A program made the position numbers and the translations under genes. The notes beneath the pieces were generated by a model. It did not search any database and had not been told where the DNA came from. It saw only the letters and a program-made list of their open reading frames with translations. Of a stretch of DNA of 64,000 nt, positions 18,594 through 27,367 are shown piece after piece. Source of the DNA: an uncultured Nitrospiraceae bacterium (GTDB lineage Bacteria; Hydrogenedentota; Hydrogenedentia; Hydrogenedentales; SLHB01); NCBI GenBank assembly GCA_964493915.1, contig CAZBQH010000425.1:121-64120 (forward strand), read 5' to 3'. How positions within the stretch are numbered: the stretch's first letter is position 1; each line of letters starts with the position of its first letter.

Positions 18594-20213
18594 ATGCTGG
18601 CAATACGAGTCGATTCCCAGAACGAAACCCTGGTTGAAGTGCATGACGGCGATCCGGGCCGGCTTCGCGAAGTGCTCTGCGAGCCCAAGTGCGCTCATGT
18701 GCTGTCTAACGAATGGATAGACGAGGTGTTGCGGGCTGCATTCCCGAAGAAGCGGTGCTATACAAAGAACAAGAACAAGGGATTCGCCAGTTGCATTGAT
18801 CTGAATGCCGGCGGTATACAGGCGGTTCGCACGAGCTACAGGTCCGAGAGACGCCTGCTCAGTCAAGGTTTGCGGCCATTGCTGAGGCAGATTCCCGAAG
18901 AAGCGGACACGTCGATTCTGGCAGGCGTTCCCGATGCGTTGTTCGAGCAGATGGCGCAGCGCCTCGACGATGGAGAGCATCCGGACCGCATGTGCGAATC
19001 TCGCACAAACCTTAAGAGAACCCTCCTCGACCTGCTGCCGGACATCAAGCCGCCTGCAAATATCCACCTGGAGGATCTCTTTCGCGGCCACTCGATCGAC
19101 GCGAAAACTGTTCGAAAGCTCATCACCATCACAGCCCGCGCGGACATGCCCGTACTGGTTCTTGGACCGACCGGCACGGGCAAGGGCATCGTCGCTCGAG
19201 CTATCCATGATTGCAGTAAGCGTTCGGGAGACTTCATCACGGTTAACTGCGCCGCGATACCTCCACCCCTGTTCGAATCGGAAGTCTTTGGCTATGTTTC
19301 GGGAGCGTTTACGAACGCGCTCAAAGCAGGCAAGAAAGGAGCTTGGGCTCGCGCCAACAATGGAACGCTGTTTCTCGATGAGATTGCTGATCTCCCCATC
19401 GAGTGCCAGCCCAAAATACTCCATGCGCTCGAGGCAGAGCGCATCCTGCCCGTAGGTGCGACCGAAGAAGTCTCTGTGTCGGCCCGGATTATCGCCGCAA
19501 CCAGCCGGAACCTGTTTCGTCTCGTTGAACAAGGTCTGTTCCGCGAAGACCTGTTTCACCGGCTTCGACGAACCACGATCAACACGCCGCCCATCGAAAC
19601 TGAAGGCAAAGAGCTGCGCAAAATCATCGCTCTTATGTGGGCCGACCTGTCTGAGAAAACCAAGTGCCCTCTCAGTCCCCAAGTCATAGATATGCTCGCC
19701 GAGCAGCGTTGGGCAGGACACTTCCGCGACCTGAAGGGGTTCCTCGAAGGACTCGATGCAACCTGGCCCGGCCAAACCATAACCCCGACGCACGTGAAGG
19801 CGCTCATGCACCACCGCGGACCGACGCCTATGCCTGAACCCGAGGATGGCGCCAACACCCGCCTCGCCCGCGAGATTCGCCGCATCGAGCGCCAGCATCA
19901 TCTGAACCGCACCGCCGAAATCCTGCATGCCGTTCAGAATGCCGTGGCCGTGCTGACTCGCAAGAACAGCCTCCTCCCCCCGGACCTCGAAAGCGTCATC
20001 ACGCACCGCCTGGTCGAATTGGACCTCATGCTCCATACGCCCCTACGGTTCGGAAACGGAAACGTGTATGAAGCTGTGGCCGCCGTGCGCAACAGCCTGG
20101 CGGAACTGTGCAGCCTCCTTGGGCAGGACGCTACACAAGCCCGCACCCATGCCCGGCGCCGCACCGTCCCGGTCATCAAAAAAGCCCTTGCAGTCCTCTT
20201 CGGCGCGACGTGA
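18594..20213 (+). CDS. A sigma54-interaction-domain AAA+ protein (bacterial enhancer-binding-protein-like). It has an unknown N-terminal domain and no recognisable C-terminal HTH.
   Basis: The Walker A reads VLVLGPTGTGKG. A GAFTNA (GAFTGA-like) motif is present. The stretches ANNGTLFLDEIADLPIECQPKILHALE, ARIIAATSRNL and GLFREDLFHRL are also present. The RBS GTGGGGGA lies before the ATG. Confidence 0.65.
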   Translation: MLAIRVDSQNETLVEVHDGDPGRLREVLCEPKCAHVLSNEWIDEVLRAAFPKKRCYTKNKNKGFASCIDLNAGGIQAVRTSYRSERRLLSQGLRPLLRQIPEEADTSILAGVPDALFEQMAQRLDDGEHPDRMCESRTNLKRTLLDLLPDIKPPANIHLEDLFRGHSIDAKTVRKLITITARADMPVLVLGPTGTGKGIVARAIHDCSKRSGDFITVNCAAIPPPLFESEVFGYVSGAFTNALKAGKKGAWARANNGTLFLDEIADLPIECQPKILHALEAERILPVGATEEVSVSARIIAATSRNLFRLVEQGLFREDLFHRLRRTTINTPPIETEGKELRKIIALMWADLSEKTKCPLSPQVIDMLAEQRWAGHFRDLKGFLEGLDATWPGQTITPTHVKALMHHRGPTPMPEPEDGANTRLAREIRRIERQHHLNRTAEILHAVQNAVAVLTRKNSLLPPDLESVITHRLVELDLMLHTPLRFGNGNVYEAVAAVRNSLAELCSLLGQDATQARTHARRRTVPVIKKALAVLFGAT

Positions 20214-20459
20214 GCACAAAGACCTGTACAACATCGCCACTGAAAACCGCGTATGCGAAACGTTTGCCTGGCAAGACGGTTGAAGCACGCTGCCTCAGGA
20301 GTCCCGTCGGCCTACCCCGCATACCGGACGATGCCGTAGGCCTATTGGGGTTACCCCAGTGTTGCGCGGGGGAACACATCGCCATAGGCAGCCTCAAGTG
20401 CTCAAACGCCGGTTTATACCCCTAATCCGGCAATTGTGGAAGCCACTTGGAATGTGAAC

Positions 20460-21803
20460 CTAACCTTCCGTCAATTGCATCACATGAAGGACACCCCATC
20501 TCTCTTTCACATAGAGACATCCATCCCACGCCGCACCAAAATCGCCGGGCTGGAAAAAGCCGCCTCCCGTGGGGAAGTGGGCAATGCAATGCTGGTGTTC
20601 TTCTACGGCTACATCGCCATCCCTACATGGCTTTACCGAGATATTCCATGTTCTTGAGTGGGGATTGACGAGCTTCCTTGATTCAGTATCCCAAGTGCCA
20701 AATCGTATGGACGATGCGGTACGCCAGAATTCTTTCTGACGGTCTGAATCTATCAAAGGCGCCTCATTGCTGTTAAGAGCCCAAACACGGACATAGCCCT
20801 CCCAACAGCCCGTGGCTATCCGTCCATTGGGAAGGGCAACCAATACATCCACAATATCAGGATGCCTGAAGATGTGTTCGAGTTGCCCGGATGTGGCGTT
20901 CCAAACATAGACGCAATTACTCCAAGCAGCAACCACCCGTCCCCCCATCAAGATAAGCGCCCTTACGTCTCCGTCTTCTTCGTGAAGCGTCATCTGTTGG
21001 GCTGTAGCCCGGCTCTGCATGATGAGACGCATTTTGCTCACCCCTTTGTCCGTCTTACCACAGCATTCAGCAAAAACACGGCCGCCATTTGGCAGAGTAA
21101 GGGGGTCTACAGACGGATCTGCAAAGGAGCAGTTCGGCTTCGCCTTGTCTCGGAGATGCTCCGGGAGTTCCACGACACTTGTTACGTCTTCAGGCGTCCC
21201 AAAGCGCTCGATATGCCATCGAAGCACGCGGCCATCTTTTGCGGCCGAGATGAAGCATTTGGCAGATTCCGACAAAAGAAATGTTACGGCATCATTGTGA
21301 CCCTTCACCGATGCAAGCGACAGCAATGAAGTTGCATCCCACAGGCGAACAGTGCCATCGCCTCCAGCCGAAATTAGGTAATTCTCAATCACCAAAAGCC
21401 CGGTAGCATCGGCCCCATGTCCAGGCTGCAAAACAGTGCTGCGTGGCGCACCCAGTCTACAAGTATATGGATAAAGTGAACGTACCCAAATGAAGCCGGG
21501 CATTATATATCCCTTGGCTTCCCGCCATTGCCCAAGAATCGCTGAAAGCTTTATGCATTCCTGCTCCCATGGTGGAGTGCTCTTATCGCCATCGCTCACC
21601 TTGTAATACTCTGCCGCCTCCGGACAGTCATACCACCAGCAGGAATTCCACATGCACTGGAAGAGCGTAGTCGGATGGCGGTCGATGAAGTAGATGTCGC
21701 GGCGGATGGCTTCTGCGAGCAGGCCCAGCATGCGGTGCTTCGGATGCTCAACGGGCATCGCCGCCACGGCGTCATGGAAGTCTTGTGCGAGGGAGAAGAT
21801 CAT
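20460..21803 (-). CDS. WD40 repeat protein of about 447 aa. Its N-terminal domain of about 90 aa is homologous to that of the 864-aa WD40 protein.
   Basis: GDGTVRLWD-type WD repeats are present. The GGAGGGAG RBS favours the ATG at 21803 (MIFSLAQDF...), and this start aligns to MILALLQDL of the upstream gene. Confidence 0.6.
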   Translation of the reverse strand: MIFSLAQDFHDAVAAMPVEHPKHRMLGLLAEAIRRDIYFIDRHPTTLFQCMWNSCWWYDCPEAAEYYKVSDGDKSTPPWEQECIKLSAILGQWREAKGYIMPGFIWVRSLYPYTCRLGAPRSTVLQPGHGADATGLLVIENYLISAGGDGTVRLWDATSLLSLASVKGHNDAVTFLLSESAKCFISAAKDGRVLRWHIERFGTPEDVTSVVELPEHLRDKAKPNCSFADPSVDPLTLPNGGRVFAECCGKTDKGVSKMRLIMQSRATAQQMTLHEEDGDVRALILMGGRVVAAWSNCVYVWNATSGQLEHIFRHPDIVDVLVALPNGRIATGCWEGYVRVWALNSNEAPLIDSDRQKEFWRTASSIRFGTWDTESRKLVNPHSRTWNISVKPCRDGDVAVEEHQHCIAHFPTGGGFFQPGDFGAAWDGCLYVKERWGVLHVMQLTEG

Positions 21804-21837
21804 GCAGCACGCTCCCTCCGAAATTTGCATACGTAAT

Positions 21838-24432
21838 TCATTTGTGGTCTTCTACGAGATGACGATCGAGCCACAGATTATTGACGTCAGGGCTTTCCAA
21901 CAGACCACAGAGATTCAACACAAAACGCCTGGCGTGAGCATCATCGCCCTCAGCACGAATCACAAGCTTCGTGCCTTGACCCGCAGCAAGGACGAGCACA
22001 GCCATCATGTCGGTGGCATCGGTTGCGTCAGATGCAGCAACGTCAGGTCTCCGGAGGGTCACAGCGTGCCCGAACCTTATGGTTTCACGCCCCACGACAT
22101 TCGCGAGAATGGCATCGAGTCCTGTCTCGACACCGACGGTTACGGTCGCAGTGGTTTCGCCGTTGCCTTGCTTTAGAGGGCATGAGAGTCCTGCGGTCAC
22201 CCATGTCAATCGTCTTTGCGCACCATGTGCTACGCGTTGGTCTCTATCTTCGACAAAGCATTTCAGCAAAGACGGATCGTGAATGGCACCTATCGCGATT
22301 GAGCGCAGATGCAAACAATCTTCATCCCCGATCAACCCTATGAGCTTGGCATAGATCTCACGGCGTTGATCTTCGTCGAGCGTAGACGCTTCTGCCGTAG
22401 TAGTTAGTGACTTCAGACGATCCGCTGCCGCGACGCGTATATGAATAGGCGTGCCTGCGGATTCGATCAGTTCGAACAGATGGTTAATGTCATCGCTGTG
22501 CAGAACACCGTCCCTTTCTCTCAAACGGGAAAGGACCTCTTCTTCTTGCAGGCGAAGTTGCGCTGGAGGGATACGATGTCCTCCATCAATGTTGTCCACG
22601 GCGAAGAACGCCACGCCGCCGCCCAAACAACCAACGGCAAGAACGCCACCATTCTCGGATAACTTGCAGCAACTTGGCGTGTGTTCAAGAACGTGCGAGG
22701 CGAGCGGCAGTGCCGCTTGGCAATCCCAGAGCATCACGGCTTTGTCTATCCCTACAGACATTGCATATTGGCCATCAGCGGATATCGAACAATTAGTTAC
22801 GGGGCCAGTATGTCCAACAACTGTTCTAACCGAAGGAGCGACGCTGGCGAAATCGACAAATGCAATCTTGCCTTGCGAATCCCCAATAATGCCTTGATGC
22901 GCGTTCATGCTTAATGCACAAGGGAGCGACGTACAAATATTCAACTCTAGACCAAAATGCCCCGTATACGCGTTATCTACACACAGCCACCGCATACTGT
23001 CCATTTGTTGCTGCCAAACGATTTCGCCCCAATGATTCTCGGCCCGCAAATCGAAGAGCATAGCCACTCCTTTGTAGCAATCTACTGCCAGCAAAGCACT
23101 GTGCGCAGAAAAGGCCGCAATATCGATACCCCAGGGAAGAGAATGATCAACTATCTGATAAATTTCTTGTGCTTCCTGAAAATCATTGCGACCGAATTGC
23201 TCTAAATATGAGGATATATCGACAATCCAACAATCAAATTTACGCCCCCAATACTTCCCTAATACATAACCTGTATATTTCGAAGCACAGAGAGGTATTA
23301 ACCACGTCTGAAAGTCCTTTTCAAGAACTCGAGGATTTTCGGATATTGGATGCCATGCTATGTCTTTGGTTCTGCCAGTTGAAATATCGAGCATTTGAAC
23401 GAATTTCTTGCATTGCACAAGTGCTTGATTTTGTGATGGGAGGTATTCCAAAAATGGCCCAATTTCTGAGTACCTTCCTAAAGCCGATTTGTGTACCAAG
23501 CACGCTTCGTCCAGATTCCAGACAATGCATTCACTATTCAAATCTAAGGAAATGCATCTTCTTCCCTCGTAGTCCAAGTCAATAGATCTGACTCTAGTCG
23601 AATGACCTTCGATAGATGGCGCATTGCTTTTTACGAGCTTTGCTGCATCCCAGACTGCAATCTCTCCAGACTTGGATGCTGTAGCAAAGCGCGTTCCGGG
23701 GCCTAATTGGATTAAGGACGTTATTGATAAATCGTGGGGTCGCCATCCGCAGTAGAAGGGTTTCACTATTTCAATAGAGCGACCTCTTATATCAATCTCG
23801 ATGTGAAAATCGTTGCCGATGCTTAAAGCATCGATGCCTGATGTGCCCTTCTTGCCCTCAAAGTATATTTGTTTGTTGTTAAGTGTAACACAGAAGGTCT
23901 CGGGTAATAGCAAGATAGAGCCAAACCAAGTCAATTCTTTATCATCCCTAGTTTGCGTTTGCCTTATCGTCTCTTGTCTTGTGTCCGGAACGACAAAGTC
24001 ACAATGCAGAATCTTGCCAGACGTAAGTTTCCATAGTAAGGTCTTCTTCTCTGCTGTTACGGCCAAAAGAATGTCTTCTTCTGGAGCATATGCCAAAGCT
24101 ACGTCCTGGCCACTAGACTCAATGTGAAAGACCCAATCCGGTGTTTGGTTAGCTCCAGAGGAAAGGGGAACATGTATACAGCGCAACCAGGGTTTTCCCT
24201 GATCTGATTCCCATGCAGTGAGTAACTGGTGCAACTGATCGCTAGCATCTGCTCCATGACGCGACACCAAATCGGCATAAAGAATTCCAAAAAAACACCA
24301 TGGATATTCTATTATTCGGGGTGCAACCCGTCGAACTGCTCGGGTAATCTCCCTAATGGCTACGTAACTCGTATTAGCAGATGGCATCGCATCCAAGGCA
24401 TTATTTAAGTCCTGCAAGAGTGCTAAGATCAT
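21838..24432 (-). CDS. An 864-aa WD40 or beta-propeller protein with a shared N-terminal domain, HEAT-like helices and a C-terminal HPr-like domain in which the active-site His is replaced by Asp.
   Basis: WD-like repeats are present. The C-terminal stretch TVGVETGLDAILANVV...VAASDATDATDMMAVLVLAAGQGTKLVIRAEGDDAHA...LCGLLE aligns to HPr (GLHTRPAAQFV...[29 protein letters not shown]). The start overlaps the NACHT gene stop (ATGA). GC is lower than in neighbouring genes. Confidence 0.55.
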   Translation of the reverse strand: MILALLQDLNNALDAMPSANTSYVAIREITRAVRRVAPRIIEYPWCFFGILYADLVSRHGADASDQLHQLLTAWESDQGKPWLRCIHVPLSSGANQTPDWVFHIESSGQDVALAYAPEEDILLAVTAEKKTLLWKLTSGKILHCDFVVPDTRQETIRQTQTRDDKELTWFGSILLLPETFCVTLNNKQIYFEGKKGTSGIDALSIGNDFHIEIDIRGRSIEIVKPFYCGWRPHDLSITSLIQLGPGTRFATASKSGEIAVWDAAKLVKSNAPSIEGHSTRVRSIDLDYEGRRCISLDLNSECIVWNLDEACLVHKSALGRYSEIGPFLEYLPSQNQALVQCKKFVQMLDISTGRTKDIAWHPISENPRVLEKDFQTWLIPLCASKYTGYVLGKYWGRKFDCWIVDISSYLEQFGRNDFQEAQEIYQIVDHSLPWGIDIAAFSAHSALLAVDCYKGVAMLFDLRAENHWGEIVWQQQMDSMRWLCVDNAYTGHFGLELNICTSLPCALSMNAHQGIIGDSQGKIAFVDFASVAPSVRTVVGHTGPVTNCSISADGQYAMSVGIDKAVMLWDCQAALPLASHVLEHTPSCCKLSENGGVLAVGCLGGGVAFFAVDNIDGGHRIPPAQLRLQEEEVLSRLRERDGVLHSDDINHLFELIESAGTPIHIRVAAADRLKSLTTTAEASTLDEDQRREIYAKLIGLIGDEDCLHLRSIAIGAIHDPSLLKCFVEDRDQRVAHGAQRRLTWVTAGLSCPLKQGNGETTATVTVGVETGLDAILANVVGRETIRFGHAVTLRRPDVAASDATDATDMMAVLVLAAGQGTKLVIRAEGDDAHARRFVLNLCGLLESPDVNNLWLDRHLVEDHK

Positions 24433-27035
24433 TGCCTGTTTACCTCATGTACGGAAAACAATCCGGAGAAGTTGCCCTCCGAGGAGTTCGGGTCAGCCTC
24501 GGCTTTGGCTTCGAGAAACTGCCAGTCGGTGAGGAGATCAGCGACAACGTCCCAGTACTTGGACTTCGGGTCGAAATTGCCGCCCAGCTTGGCGGCTTCC
24601 AGGCGATGGTACGGCAGCTCGACGACTTTGCGAATGTTGGCTGGGCGTGGTGTCTGGGGCAAGCGTTTGGCGCGGGCGCGCTGGGCTTCGAGGGATTCAG
24701 CCCAGTAGTCGAGCGTGTGAAAGTAATCGCCAAGGCGGTCGTGGGCCGCAAGTTTGGCCGCTTTCTCTCTTAGATAGCGTGTTGTGACGGCTTTCCCGAC
24801 CTGGCGGTGATAGAAGTTCATGACGACGGTGCCGTCCGCGCGCCGCTCCGTCATGTAGGGTTTCATGTCGGCGTAGAGCCGCGACCAGACGACGATAGGC
24901 AGCCGGTCGATTTCTTGTGGTGATTCGGGGTTGCGTGCGAAGTAGTCGTTCATGACGGCCTTCTCGCGAGAGAGAACATCCAAGATCTCATCCTCAGTGA
25001 GTCCGTTCTTGGCGGCGGCGACATTGCTGAGGGCTCGTTCGACAAGCAGCCTTCCGTGCTGCCGGGGTAGTTCAAGCCGCTGCAGCATGTCGGCAAGTAT
25101 GCCTTCGATTCCTTTATGCAAACCCGATACTCCATCGGCAGTGCAAGGCAGTCCGTCCCATGATCGCCAGAGGCGGGCTTCCTCGAACGCGATCTTGAGA
25201 TAAAGTGGGCGGCCATCCTCGTTGAACTTGGTTAGTACATCATTCTCTTGAGCCTTTTGTAAGGTCCTGTTGACTTCGTCAAGCCAGCTCTTAAGCAATT
25301 CTTTGCCGTCCTCAGGGGCGAGACACCCGATTCTTGCAAGCGACTTTGGCCAGATTTGCCGAGCGATGCTGAAAGGATCATTCACTGCGGTCTTCGACAC
25401 CTCAGTCTTTGGTTGCTCTTTTCCAAGCATCGAAAGGATCGGCTTGACACCCGACCAGATTTTCTGATCGATTCTGAAAGGGCCATTTACGGCGGTTTTC
25501 GACTCCTCTGTCTTTAATTGCTCCTCTTCAAGCACCGAGAGGATCAGCTTGACACCCGATGCAAGCTGCCGCGGCAGCCAGTCGAGCATTTGGGCGTTGT
25601 CGGTGGGACTAAGTTGGTCAAGGGCATCGAGAAAGACCACTGTGGGGCCCGGTTTTGCGCCTTCCTCACCCTGCACAGGGCCTGAAAGGCGTTCGCGAAA
25701 GGCTTCGATCAGTTCATTCATGTCTATGGGAGGAGAATCAATACCCAACTGTCGGCACAGGCTTCGCAGGAGGTTGCCCAGATCAGCCGATTGCGGAGTC
25801 GCCCCAATAAAGCGCGCAACCGCCTGATCTGGGGCAGTGAGCGTCAGCCATGCCCGGGCCATCAGTGCTGTCTTGCCCGTGCCGGAAACGCCGTGGATGA
25901 CGAGGGGGAGTTGGTCGGCCCCATTGGCGAGGTACTTCTTGATTCTGTTGAGTTGCTTGCGCCTGCCGATAAAGTGCCGGCTTCGCTCAGTAGCGAACTC
26001 GCGATGCGCATCAACCTCTCGCTCCAGTTCGGGATGTTGCTGAAAAGCCCGCAATTCCATGTCAATGATGTCCTGCAAATCCCTCAAAACCTCGTCGCAA
26101 AGTTGCGACAGATCCGGCTCATTGTGGAGATCCATCGCCCGTGAGCGTGACCGGTCCCGCGTCTCAACCCGATTCCAGTCCGCGGCATATTTGAAAATGT
26201 GTTCAGGCGGCAACCTTAAGCCTATCTGCTCTTTCAATGCCTGCAAATCGTCCTTATCCTTCCCCGTATCGATGAAGGTGCTGGCCGGCCCGTTTTCTGG
26301 TGCGCCCGTAATCTCCCGGAAATAGGCAAAGACGTGTTTCTCCGCCTCGCTCGCCTGGAATGCGCCATGTTCGATTTCCTGATGCGTGGCCGACTGCTCA
26401 TAGTCTGTGCGGCGCGGATCATCCATGGACCAGCCCAGGGCATTGATAGCATCGCGCAAGAAGCCACCCATTGCCGACTCAATGTCCTGCCAATCTTGTG
26501 CTTCGGCTTCTTTCATGCGCTGCATGTCTTCGGCGGACACGTTTTCGGGGAAAAAGATGGTGCGCGGCTGCAGGACGTACTCCTCGGGCACCGCATTCCG
26601 GTCTTTGCGGTACCAGCCTATCCGCTGTTCGATGATGTTTTCGCACCACGCCACTGGTGTATCTTCTCCTGCCAACAGCGCCCGCCCAGCCTCCGGCACA
26701 ATATCGAGAAGCGACTCGAACTCGTTCGCCGGAATCCGTGCCGGCAGCGGCCGCCATCCATAGCGTTCGCCCAGTAGAATGATGAAGTTCGGACGCGGCG
26801 ACATTTCCTGGCATCGCGCCAGTTCCTGGAAACAGATATTCATTGTCTGCTGGTCCAGAGCCGCCTCGGTGCTCACGCCCCAGCGCAGGTCAATTGCCTG
26901 AAAGCGAGCCCCATGCTCCTGGCAGTACTTCCGCAGCGCTGGAAACACATGTTGCTGAAGCGCGTTCCGCTCGGCTTTCAAGTCGCTGAACGTCGAGCTC
27001 ACAAACACCCTGAAAATCAGGTCTCGCCTTGCCAT
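24429..27035 (-). CDS. An 868-aa STAND (NACHT-type) NTPase with an N-terminal DUF4062-like domain. It is upstream of, and coupled to, the WD40 genes.
   Basis: The N-terminal motifs are VFVSSTFSDLKAERNAL...IDLRWGV...IILLGERYGW. The Walker A reads LVIHGVSGTGKTALMARAW. A winged-helix-like tail is present. Confidence 0.7.
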   Translation of the reverse strand: MARRDLIFRVFVSSTFSDLKAERNALQQHVFPALRKYCQEHGARFQAIDLRWGVSTEAALDQQTMNICFQELARCQEMSPRPNFIILLGERYGWRPLPARIPANEFESLLDIVPEAGRALLAGEDTPVAWCENIIEQRIGWYRKDRNAVPEEYVLQPRTIFFPENVSAEDMQRMKEAEAQDWQDIESAMGGFLRDAINALGWSMDDPRRTDYEQSATHQEIEHGAFQASEAEKHVFAYFREITGAPENGPASTFIDTGKDKDDLQALKEQIGLRLPPEHIFKYAADWNRVETRDRSRSRAMDLHNEPDLSQLCDEVLRDLQDIIDMELRAFQQHPELEREVDAHREFATERSRHFIGRRKQLNRIKKYLANGADQLPLVIHGVSGTGKTALMARAWLTLTAPDQAVARFIGATPQSADLGNLLRSLCRQLGIDSPPIDMNELIEAFRERLSGPVQGEEGAKPGPTVVFLDALDQLSPTDNAQMLDWLPRQLASGVKLILSVLEEEQLKTEESKTAVNGPFRIDQKIWSGVKPILSMLGKEQPKTEVSKTAVNDPFSIARQIWPKSLARIGCLAPEDGKELLKSWLDEVNRTLQKAQENDVLTKFNEDGRPLYLKIAFEEARLWRSWDGLPCTADGVSGLHKGIEGILADMLQRLELPRQHGRLLVERALSNVAAAKNGLTEDEILDVLSREKAVMNDYFARNPESPQEIDRLPIVVWSRLYADMKPYMTERRADGTVVMNFYHRQVGKAVTTRYLREKAAKLAAHDRLGDYFHTLDYWAESLEAQRARAKRLPQTPRPANIRKVVELPYHRLEAAKLGGNFDPKSKYWDVVADLLTDWQFLEAKAEADPNSSEGNFSGLFSVHEVNRQ
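25351..25559. repeat. A tandem duplication (2 x about 104 bp) inside the NACHT CDS. It encodes a 35-aa repeat (LSVLEEEQLKTEESKTAVNGPFRIDQKIW and LSMLGKEQPKTEVSKTAVNDPFSIARQIW).
   Basis: Adjacent copies of about 80% identity are visible in the DNA and in the protein. Confidence 0.6.
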
Positions 27036-27367
27036 ATCCCTTATACCTCATTGACGCGCTTTGTACGGCGCCCTGTTTACACCACTCTATTGTAACGAAC
27101 TTCTCTTCCCATCCGTACGTGGGCTGTCCTCAGCGATTCCGCAGGCCTTTTAGGAAGTGCCTGTTTCAGTGGGGAGTTTTGGCATTTTCGCTTGTGTCAG
27201 CTTCGCAGAGGTGTTTTCTCCCCGTTTTTTCTTGCGCATGGAGGAGTTGCGGGTGGTTCAGTGGGGCGTCTGGGAGCCCGGTGGGCAGCGGGAGGGACGG
27301 AGGCGCCCTCTGCCAGGGATTTGGCGTGAGACAGAGGGCTCGGGAAGGATTCGAGACCCGGGCGTGG

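Noticed and set aside
20460-21830. An upstream ATG start (MQISEGACC...) for the small WD40 gene.
   Set aside because: There is no Shine-Dalgarno sequence. The ATG at 21803 has GGAGGGAG upstream and aligns with the paralog's N-terminus.
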